14,402 nucleotides of DNA from positions 1 to 14,402 of the forward strand of contig JBJOKS010000059.1 in NCBI GenBank assembly GCA_046045965.1, in the 5' to 3' direction. Under the pieces are notes generated by a model. It did not search any database, was not told the DNA's origin, and saw only the letters and a list, made by a program, of their open reading frames with translations. Below, one piece after another: positions 7,639 through 14,402 of this stretch. The translations under genes were made by a program, and so were the position numbers. This stretch comes from Cyanobacteriota bacterium (GTDB lineage Bacteria > Cyanobacteriota > Cyanobacteriia > Cyanobacteriales > Nostocaceae). Within the stretch, counting starts at the first letter, position 1. Every line of letters begins with the position of its first letter.

Positions 7639-9159
7639 TCACAGTGCAGATATATCAGGAGATAAACAAGCGTTAAGCGAACACAAACCAGACAAATCTA
7701 ATGTTTTCACTTGCAGCGTGTTTATATCTACACAACGAATTGTGTGATTATTGGTATCACTAATATACATAACAGAACCTAAAGCACTTAATCCTGAAGG
7801 TTCTGAAAATTTCGTATTTTTACCTTGGCCATCTTGAAACCCAGGTAAACCATCTCCCAAAACCGTTTGACAATATCCACTAACAGGATCTACTAATTTA
7901 ATTTTGTGGTTATAAGTATCTGCTACCCACAGTTTATTTTGAAAACATTCCACACCTAAACAGTGCTGTAACCTGACATCGAGTTTTTGTCCATCTATAT
8001 CACCAAAACCAAATAACATCCCACTACCGCAAACTGTCCGCACTTGACCTTTTTTTCCTAGTTCCACACCTCGAATTGAGCTAACTTCACTGTCAGCAAT
8101 AAATAATTCTTCGCCATTGGTCGTGATGCCACTTGGTTGAGCAAAAGCACTTTCATTTAACGTGCTATCAAAACAACCTTCCGCACCACTACCAGCAAAG
8201 GTTTGAATAGTACCTTTTTCTAAATTCATTTCCCAAATTTGATGTGATCCTGCCATAGCAATAAACAATTTATTGTCTACTTTTTCTAAATCCCAAGGTG
8301 AATTTAGGTCTGTTTGGAGTGCAGAACCACCATGAGGAAAAATAATATGGCTCTGCTTTCCAGTTCCAGCAATAGTTTCTACCACTTGCTGCTGTATGTC
8401 AATTTGTCGCAAGGTATAGTTTTCTGTGTCTGCAATGTAGAGAATTTTACTTTGACTGTCATAGGTCATTCCTTGAGGTGCAGAAAACTGTGCTTTCTCA
8501 AATGCACCATCAGTTAGTCCAGGCTTTCCTGTACCAATGATATGGATAATTTCACCTTCTAAACTACTCATGACTATGCGGTGATGTCCAGAGTCAGCAA
8601 TAAATAAACCATCTATTGTAGCTAAGACTTTACCCGGAAAAGCTAAGGGTGTAATTAATGGTTGATGCTGTTTTTCTAAGGTGAATTGTAATGTTTGAAA
8701 ATTGATGTTTTCCTGATTTTTATCTACTATCTGAATTATGCTGTTTTCAATTGTTTGAATATGTCCTTCTCCTGCAAATTGACCAATGACATATCCTTGT
8801 GGATCAATAATAATTAAAGTCGGCCAAGCTTTGATGGTATAATTTTCCCAAACGCGAAAATCACTGTCAACTAAAATCGGGTGTTCAATGTTATAACGCA
8901 AAATGGCTTGACGGATATTTTCAATTTCTTTCTCATTGTCGAATTTACCGGCATGAACACCAATAATTGTCAGGCTATCTTTATATTTATGTTCTAAATA
9001 TTTTAAGTCTGGTAATATGTGCAGACAGTTAATACAACAGTATGTCCAAAAGTCTAAAATTATGACTCTACCTTTGAGTGCTTTGAGAGATAACGGTTTA
9101 TCAGTATTTAGCCAGGGGTAATTTTGTGGTAATTCTGGTGATCTAACACGAGGAATCAT
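7639..9159 (-). CDS. Thioredoxin-like domain + NHL-repeat beta-propeller protein (NHLRC2/SOQ1-like)
   Basis: LDFWTYCCINC and GVHAGKFDNEK in the Trx-like domain, followed by repeated FIADS/YIADT/WVADT NHL blades (FPGKV, APQG, SPWD, QPSG, EPSG). Confidence 0.92.
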   Translation of the reverse strand: MIPRVRSPELPQNYPWLNTDKPLSLKALKGRVIILDFWTYCCINCLHILPDLKYLEHKYKDSLTIIGVHAGKFDNEKEIENIRQAILRYNIEHPILVDSDFRVWENYTIKAWPTLIIIDPQGYVIGQFAGEGHIQTIENSIIQIVDKNQENINFQTLQFTLEKQHQPLITPLAFPGKVLATIDGLFIADSGHHRIVMSSLEGEIIHIIGTGKPGLTDGAFEKAQFSAPQGMTYDSQSKILYIADTENYTLRQIDIQQQVVETIAGTGKQSHIIFPHGGSALQTDLNSPWDLEKVDNKLFIAMAGSHQIWEMNLEKGTIQTFAGSGAEGCFDSTLNESAFAQPSGITTNGEELFIADSEVSSIRGVELGKKGQVRTVCGSGMLFGFGDIDGQKLDVRLQHCLGVECFQNKLWVADTYNHKIKLVDPVSGYCQTVLGDGLPGFQDGQGKNTKFSEPSGLSALGSVMYISDTNNHTIRCVDINTLQVKTLDLSGLCSLNACLSPDISAL

Positions 9160-9162
9160 AGT

Positions 9163-9183
9163 AATTTTAGATTTTAGATTTAG
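9163..9183. repeat. Short (ATTTTAG) heptamer repeat in the divergent intergenic gap
   Basis: attttag attttag atttag, lying between the Trx-NHL start codon and the glutaminase start codon. Confidence 0.55.
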
Positions 9184-9198
9184 GCTGAGATCAAAGTT

Positions 9199-10113
9199 TT
9201 GATAAAACTACAAAGCATCAATACAGATAATTTATCTCTCTGGTTTCAACAAGCGCAAACCCAAGCATTACAGGGAACTGTTATTCAACGTATTCCTCTT
9301 TTAGCTGTAGCTAACCCTAGCTGGTGTGCTGTTTATATATGTTGTCATTCGGAATTACGTTATAGTTTAGGCGATACTGCTTGTGTATTTCCTTTAATGA
9401 GTGTTATCAAACCTTTTACATTTTTGTATTTGCTAGAACATTTAGGAGCAAAGCAGGTTTTTGAATGGATTGGTTTAGAACCTTCAGCAATGCCTTTTAA
9501 TGCTTTGGACCAGCTAATAGCTGATCATGGATTTCCCCGTAACCCGATGATTAATAGTGGTGCTATAACTTTAGCTGATAAATTACCAGGTAAGGATGGA
9601 AATCATTGCACTCAGCTATTTTGTGCATGGTTGAATAAGTTAGCTGGTAGTCAACTATATCTAGATTTAGAGATGTTGGCTTCAGTGCGTGCGACTCGTT
9701 CTCAGATAAATTTAGCGATCGCTTATCATCTTCACCAAAGTGGACACATTAAAAATGTTGAATCCGCTATTGATATTTATGAACAAATATGCTGCATTTC
9801 TGGCAGAGTAGAAGATTTGGCAAAATTGGGAAAATTATTAGCCTGTGAAAGCACTCTTATAAGTTCCCAACATCGCCCTATTGTTAACGCTGTGATGTTA
9901 ACTTGTGGACTATACGAAGCTTCTCCTCAGTATACGGTCAAAATAGGTTTACCCATGAAATCGGGTATAAGTGGTGCGTTGTTAGCTATAGTCCCAAGTC
10001 AAGGAGCGATCGCTTGCTACAGTCCGGCTTTAGATAGTATAGGTAATTCTGTAGCAGGGCTGGCATTGATAGAAGCTTTATCTGATAATTTACATCTGAG
10101 TATTTTTAGCTAA
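9199..10113 (+). CDS. glsA: Glutaminase-family protein (serine beta-lactamase-like fold)
   Basis: Catalytic S68-x-x-K71 (MSVIK), EPSAMPFN, PRNPMINSGAI, TCGLYE and IGLPMKSGISG...SPALDSIGNS. TTG start. The stop overlaps the convergent gene's stop by 4 bp (ctaa, 10110-10113). Confidence 0.88.
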   Translation: MIKLQSINTDNLSLWFQQAQTQALQGTVIQRIPLLAVANPSWCAVYICCHSELRYSLGDTACVFPLMSVIKPFTFLYLLEHLGAKQVFEWIGLEPSAMPFNALDQLIADHGFPRNPMINSGAITLADKLPGKDGNHCTQLFCAWLNKLAGSQLYLDLEMLASVRATRSQINLAIAYHLHQSGHIKNVESAIDIYEQICCISGRVEDLAKLGKLLACESTLISSQHRPIVNAVMLTCGLYEASPQYTVKIGLPMKSGISGALLAIVPSQGAIACYSPALDSIGNSVAGLALIEALSDNLHLSIFS

Positions 10114-11795
10114 TTTGGATTTTTGGATTTAGTTAAGTTTCTATGCTCAAAATAATCACTCAATCGGCTTAAACCTGTTTTACCTTGTTTTAATTCTCCT
10201 TCTTCTGATAACTCACCAGGAGTTGGTTGTTTTTCTACCTCTGGTTGTGTTGTGGGAGAAACTTCAATTTCTGGAGTTGGTGATTTTTTTACGGTGGGTT
10301 CTTGAGGTTCCACCTGTGGTTGTGGTGAAGGAGAAACTTCAATTTTTGGAGGTGCTTGTTTTTCTAAGGTGGGTTCTTGAGGTTCTACCTGTGGTTGTGG
10401 TGAAGGAGAAACTTCAATTTTTGGAGTTGGTTGTTTTTCCACCTGTGGTTGAGGTGAAGGAGAAACTTCGATTTTTGGAGGTGTTTGTTTTTCTAAGGTG
10501 GGTTCTTGAGGTTCTACCTGTGGTTGAGGTGAAGGAGAAACTTCAATTTTTGGAGTTGGTTGTTTTTCCACCTGTGGTTGAGGTGAAGGAGAAACTTCGA
10601 TTTTTGGAGGTGTTTGTTTTTCTAAGGTGGGTTCTTGAGGTTCTACCTGTGGTTGTGGTGAAGGAGAAACTTCAATTTCTGGAATTGGTTGTTTTTCCAC
10701 CTGTGGTTGAGGTGAAGGAGAAACTTCAATTTCTGGAATTGGTTGTTTTTCCACCTGTGGTTGAGGTACTGGTGTTGCTTTAACTGTGGGCGTTACAGTA
10801 GGTGTAGGTTCAGTAACAGGAATTTTAGCTGTGTAATTTGGGTCTACAATACCACGCACCTCATCAGCAGTAAGCTCCCCTCTGACAATTCTCGAAAGAG
10901 TATCTTTACTATTAGGTTGGTAATTAATGACTCTAACTGTACTGTTAAAGGCATTCTTAACAGGGTTTCCTTGGTTATCAAGAAATTCCAGTTTAACCCA
11001 GTTTTTACCAGGTTTAAACCCCTTGAGGTATACTGTCTGCCATCTGTCAAAAATAAAACTTTCTCCATTAATTGTGCAGCGAATACGCCAATTGCTCATT
11101 GTGTCATCAGAATTATCTTCAGCAGCAATATGTAAAGGCGCGTTAGTTAGGTAAAAATCCAACATAATTGGTTCTGCACCATAACTACCATTAGGACGAC
11201 TATAGGTGAGAACGGGTAGATGAGGTTCAGGGTTGTTATCGTCGGTTTTAGTAAAAACGTGAAATGTTGTTTGAGCATAAGCGCCTTCATTTTTAAAGCT
11301 TTCATACCAAGGACGAGACGCAAATGCACGAATCGTGTGCGTACCTGCGGATAAATCTGCTAAAACTAGAGGTTTATTCAGGTCGTAAACAGATATATAA
11401 GGTTGGTTATCAAGAATTACGTGCAGATGTGGTCCTAATTGCCATTGAGTATCTTTAAATATGGGTAAGTCCTTAACCTGGAAACGGACTGTAACTGTGT
11501 CATCTTCAATCACCTCATCTGCTCTAGGGGTGAGAATTGCTACCTGCGGTTGATAACCTTCCAAGCTGACACGCAGTTCTTGGATCACATCTGGAGGGGC
11601 AGTTTCAGCAAATTGCCGAGAAACTTGAGAGATTTGTAAGGCAGCTTTAGGAGTGCTAATAGATACGTCTTGACTCGCAGCTTTTTCCGCACAACTGATG
11701 AGACTAAAGACTAGCAGCAATGCCATTACCCACCTGAAGATCGGGAAACTCACAGAGAAGAGTTTCTCTACAGATGCCTTTTGCCTATGGTTCAT
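10110..11795 (-). CDS. Putative lipoprotein: two beta-rich globular modules and a Pro/Glu/Gln-rich repetitive C-terminal tail
   Basis: Hydrophobic stretch WVMALLLVFS followed by lipobox L-I-S-C35. The globular region includes GPHLHVILDN, GTHTIRAFASRPW and IMLDFYLTNAPLH. About 180 aa of tandem repeats follow. Function unknown; the true start may lie downstream of 11795. Confidence 0.8.
   Translation of the reverse strand: MNHRQKASVEKLFSVSFPIFRWVMALLLVFSLISCAEKAASQDVSISTPKAALQISQVSRQFAETAPPDVIQELRVSLEGYQPQVAILTPRADEVIEDDTVTVRFQVKDLPIFKDTQWQLGPHLHVILDNQPYISVYDLNKPLVLADLSAGTHTIRAFASRPWYESFKNEGAYAQTTFHVFTKTDDNNPEPHLPVLTYSRPNGSYGAEPIMLDFYLTNAPLHIAAEDNSDDTMSNWRIRCTINGESFIFDRWQTVYLKGFKPGKNWVKLEFLDNQGNPVKNAFNSTVRVINYQPNSKDTLSRIVRGELTADEVRGIVDPNYTAKIPVTEPTPTVTPTVKATPVPQPQVEKQPIPEIEVSPSPQPQVEKQPIPEIEVSPSPQPQVEPQEPTLEKQTPPKIEVSPSPQPQVEKQPTPKIEVSPSPQPQVEPQEPTLEKQTPPKIEVSPSPQPQVEKQPTPKIEVSPSPQPQVEPQEPTLEKQAPPKIEVSPSPQPQVEPQEPTVKKSPTPEIEVSPTTQPEVEKQPTPGELSEEGELKQGKTGLSRLSDYFEHRNLTKSKNPN
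10218..10766 (-). repeat. Coding tandem repeat of 54-bp (A) and 75-bp (B) units in the order A-A-B-A-B-A-B-B-partial A
   Basis: A = PQPQVEKQP(I/T)P(E/K)IEVSPS (18 aa). B = PQPQVEPQEPTLEKQTPPKIEVSPS (25 aa). Four A plus four B units make 516 bp, followed by a 33-bp degenerate copy. Confidence 0.95.
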
Positions 11796-11992
11796 GCTTT
11801 ATACCTATGATTATCTTCAACAACATATAACTTTGTTATCTGCTGAAGTTTTTTACTTCTTGATCATAAGATATGCAAAAACTGTAATTTTTTTGACATA
11901 TATTTTCTAGAGAACTGGAGAAACAACGAAAATATACGGTCAAAACAGTAGGATATACGACTGTGATTGGGAATTAACTATAAGTTTTAAGA

Positions 11993-12010
11993 ATTGTTAT
12001 AGTTTGTAAA
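11993..12010 (-). promoter_or_regulatory. HLR1-like (RpaB) direct repeat, distal
   Basis: The minus strand reads TTTACAAA-ct-ATAACAAT, versus the HLR1 consensus (G/T)TTACA(A/T)(A/T)-N2-repeat: one perfect half-site and one with 2 mismatches. The AT-rich context lowers specificity. Confidence 0.4.
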
Positions 12011-12083
12011 TTAAATACAAAAACTCTTGACTTTTTTGCAATAACTTTGAATATAAAAGGCAGATATGACAATAAATTTGGCA

Positions 12084-12138
12084 AATTTAAATTATTGTTA
12101 AAATGTCTCCAACAAAGTACAAGTACAGACTCTATAAT
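12084..12138 (+). promoter_or_regulatory. Candidate psaA promoter: perfect -10 TATAAT with an upstream HLR1-like element
   Basis: TATAAT at 12133-12138 has no consensus -35. The minus strand of 12084-12101 reads TTAACAAT-aa-TTTAAATT (1 mismatch per half-site), about -61 to -44 from an inferred start near 12145. Confidence 0.55.
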
Positions 12139-12165
12139 TCAACAGAAACAACAAATCCACACGGG

Positions 12166-12264
12166 TCCAGAAAACATCTGGAAACAAAGAGTAAAATTAA
12201 CTCTGTGGTACACATGATTCCTCATTCCCTATTGACAGAGGAGGTCGAATGACGATTAGTCCTC
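12166..12264 (+). promoter_or_regulatory. Structured psaA leader (three hairpins, the last enclosing the SD and AUG), psaA RNA motif-like
   Basis: Hairpin 1: tccaga/tctgga (12166-12182). Hairpin 2: ctctgtggta/tattgacagag (12201-12240). Hairpin 3: GAGGA-GGTCG-[AATGA]-CGATT-ag-TCCTC (12238-12264). The SD AGGAGG is at 12239-12244. Confidence 0.45.
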
Positions 12265-14402
12265 CGGAGCGAGAGGAGAAAAAAGCAAGAGTTATCGTTG
12301 ATAACGATCCTGTACCCACCTCATTTGAAAGATGGGCTAAACCAGGACACTTCGACAGAACCTTAGCTAAAGGACCAAAAACCACCACCTGGATTTGGGA
12401 CCTCCACGCCCTCGCCCATGACTTCGATACACATACAAGCGACTTAGAAGACATTTCCCGCAAAATCTTCTCCGCGCACTTTGGCCACTTGGCCGTAGTG
12501 ACAATCTGGTTAAGCGGAATGATCTTCCACGGCGCTAAGTTCTCCAACTACGAAGCTTGGCTGGCTGATCCATTAGGAGTTAAGCCCAGCGCACAGACTG
12601 TTTGGCCTATTGTTGGACAAGACATTTTAAACGGTGATGTAGGCGGTGGATTCCACGGCATTCAAATCACCTCTGGCTTGTTCCAAGTATGGCGTGGCTG
12701 GGGTATCACTAGCTCCTTCCAACTCTACTGCACTGCAATTGGCGGCTTGGTATTAGCGGGTTTATTCCTGTTCGCTGGTTGGTTCCATTACCATAAACGC
12801 GCTCCCAAACTGGAATGGTTCCAGAACGTGGAGTCCATGTTGAATCACCACTTACAAGTATTGTTAGGTTGTGGTTCTTTGGGATGGGCTGGTCACTTAA
12901 TCCATGTGTCTGCACCAGTTAACAAACTTTTGGATGCTGGTGTTGCCATCAAGGACATCCCCTTGCCCCATGAGTTCATTTTGAACAAGGACTTGATCAC
13001 AGAGTTGTATCCCAGCTTTGCTAGTGGTTTAGCACCTTTCTTCACCTTGAACTGGGGAACTTATGCTGACATTCTGACCTTCAAAGGCGGATTGAACCCA
13101 GTAACAGGCGGCTTGTGGATGACTGATATTTCTCATCACCACTTAGCGATCGCTGTACTGTTCATCGTTGCTGGTCATATGTACCGCACCAACTGGGGTA
13201 TTGGTCACAGCATCAAAGAAATTCTAGAAAATCATAAAGGACCCTTCACTGGCGAAGGCCACAAAGGACTTTATGAAAACATGACCACCTCTTGGCACGC
13301 TCAGTTGGCTACTAACCTGGCCTTCTTGGGTTCCTTGACAATCATCATCGCGCATCATATGTACGCGATGCCCCCCTATCCATATTTGGCAACTGACTAC
13401 GCTACTCAGTTGTGTATCTTCACTCACCATATTTGGATCGGTGGCTTCCTGATTGTTGGTGGTGCTGCTCACGCAGCGATATTCATGGTGCGTGATTATG
13501 ATCCTGTTGTGAACCAAAACAACGTATTGGATCGCGTGATTCGTCACCGTGATGCTATCATCTCTCACTTAAACTGGGTTTGTATTTTCCTCGGCTTCCA
13601 TAGCTTTGGTTTGTACATCCACAACGACACAATGCGTGCCTTGGGTCGTCCCCAAGATATGTTCTCTGACGCTGCAATTCAATTGCAACCAGTGTTTGCT
13701 CAGTGGGTACAAAACCTACACACACTGGCTCCAGGAACAACCGCACCTAACGCGCTAGAAGCAGTAAGTTATGTATTCGGCGGTGGTGTGTTGGCTGTAG
13801 GCGGTAAAGTAGCGGCTGCTGCTATTCCTTTAGGCACAGCAGACTTCTTAATTCACCACATTCACGCCTTCACCATTCACGTGACTGTGCTGATTCTGCT
13901 CAAAGGCGTACTGTACGCTCGCAGCTCTCGTCTGATTCCAGACAAAGCTAACTTAGGCTTCCGCTTCCCTTGTGACGGTCCTGGTCGTGGCGGTACTTGC
14001 CAAGTTTCTGGTTGGGACCATGTATTCTTGGGACTCTTCTGGATGTATAACTCCTTGTCAATTGTAATTTTCCACTTCAGCTGGAAGATGCAATCTGATG
14101 TATGGGGAACTGTAGACGCAGATGGTGTGGTAAGCCACATCACAGGTGATAACTTTGCTCAAAGTGCCATCACCATCAACGGTTGGTTGCGTGACTTCTT
14201 GTGGGCGCAAGCTACACAAGTAATCAACTCCTACGGTAGTGAACTGTCCGCTTATGGACTCATGTTCTTAGGCGCACACTTCGTTTGGGCATTCAGCTTA
14301 ATGTTCCTGTTCAGTGGTCGCGGCTACTGGCAAGAACTAATTGAGTCCATCGTTTGGGCGCATAATAAACTGAAAGTAGCTCCTACCATTCAGCCCCGCG
14401 CA
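12249..14402 (+). CDS. psaA: Photosystem I P700 chlorophyll a apoprotein A1, first 718 codons (3' end outside the window)
   Basis: Not in the ORF track because there is no stop in the window. It begins [35 protein letters not shown]. It carries the FX motif [12 protein letters not shown] (C575, C584), WLRDFLWAQ, the P700 ligand H677, the A0 ligand M685 and [12 protein letters not shown], and ends in frame at ...IQPRA. Confidence 0.99.
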   Translation, partial: MTISPPEREEKKARVIVDNDPVPTSFERWAKPGHFDRTLAKGPKTTTWIWDLHALAHDFDTHTSDLEDISRKIFSAHFGHLAVVTIWLSGMIFHGAKFSNYEAWLADPLGVKPSAQTVWPIVGQDILNGDVGGGFHGIQITSGLFQVWRGWGITSSFQLYCTAIGGLVLAGLFLFAGWFHYHKRAPKLEWFQNVESMLNHHLQVLLGCGSLGWAGHLIHVSAPVNKLLDAGVAIKDIPLPHEFILNKDLITELYPSFASGLAPFFTLNWGTYADILTFKGGLNPVTGGLWMTDISHHHLAIAVLFIVAGHMYRTNWGIGHSIKEILENHKGPFTGEGHKGLYENMTTSWHAQLATNLAFLGSLTIIIAHHMYAMPPYPYLATDYATQLCIFTHHIWIGGFLIVGGAAHAAIFMVRDYDPVVNQNNVLDRVIRHRDAIISHLNWVCIFLGFHSFGLYIHNDTMRALGRPQDMFSDAAIQLQPVFAQWVQNLHTLAPGTTAPNALEAVSYVFGGGVLAVGGKVAAAAIPLGTADFLIHHIHAFTIHVTVLILLKGVLYARSSRLIPDKANLGFRFPCDGPGRGGTCQVSGWDHVFLGLFWMYNSLSIVIFHFSWKMQSDVWGTVDADGVVSHITGDNFAQSAITINGWLRDFLWAQATQVINSYGSELSAYGLMFLGAHFVWAFSLMFLFSGRGYWQELIESIVWAHNKLKVAPTIQPRA

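Larger units (their letters stand above)
820..13153. repeat. Six dispersed HIP1 octamers (GCGATCGC)
   Basis: Found at 820-827, 967-974, 5226-5233, 9715-9722, 10006-10013 and 13146-13153, all within CDSs. This is far more than expected by chance in AT-rich DNA and is a cyanobacterial hallmark. Confidence 0.9.

Noticed and set aside
7138..8517. Plus-strand ORFs 7138-7341 and 8314-8517
   Set aside because: Short, TTG-started, antisense to real genes in whole or part, and without SD or motifs.
10218..10766. Regularly spaced repeats resembling a CRISPR array
   Set aside because: The intervening sequences are themselves repeated, unit lengths (54 and 75 bp) are multiples of 3 within an open frame, and there are no cas genes in the window.
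10223..10783. 186-aa hydrophobic repetitive ORF on the + strand
   Set aside because: Antisense shadow of the Pro-rich repeat: a stop-free unit repeated in tandem stays open automatically.
11883..11898. NtcA-like site TGTA-N8-GACA
   Set aside because: It mismatches the core TAC, has a poly-T spacer and lies in AT-rich DNA; too weak to call.
10743..11910. ORFs 10743-11135, 10844-11068, 10927-11154, 11147-11329 and 11698-11910
   Set aside because: They overlap the lipoprotein gene antisense or out of frame and carry no recognisable motifs.
12197..14143. Five minus-strand ORFs of 62-116 aa
   Set aside because: All are antisense to psaA, which occupies the + strand continuously.
12249..14402. 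Higher GC and different codon usage in psaA as a sign of horizontal transfer
   Set aside because: Preference for C-ending codons (TTC, CAC, AAC, ATC) is the normal signature of very highly expressed genes, and the protein is otherwise Nostoc-like.

Overview
Core-genome window from a cyanobacterium, very likely a heterocyst-forming Nostocales member. Support for that assignment: six HIP1 GCGATCGC sites, heptamer short tandem repeats at gene junctions, small inverted-repeat elements, a KGK-domain gene and a Nostoc-type PsaA. Left to right it holds: a truncated FAD-dependent oxidoreductase (-), a GNAT acetyltransferase (+), a CNNM/DUF21-CBS protein (-), an SLH-OprB porin (-), an AtzE-family amidase with an AtzG/DUF4089 partner (-), a KGK protein (-), a thioredoxin-NHL protein (-), a glutaminase-family protein (+), a Pro-rich repeat lipoprotein (-), and the first 718 codons of psaA (+). 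The ORF track missed the oxidoreductase and psaA because both run off the window. I see no CRISPR array, prophage, transposase or defence system, and I cannot support a wholly new multi-gene system. The best leads are: (1) a MITE-like element nested in the left terminal repeat of an older, related element, 13 bp upstream of atzG-atzE; (2) a glutaminase-fold enzyme whose alpha-amino-binding residues appear replaced; (3) unusual lumenal substitutions in PsaA; (4) a two-unit, higher-order repeat stalk in a lipoprotein. Comparisons to family consensus sequences are from memory and need alignment to confirm.
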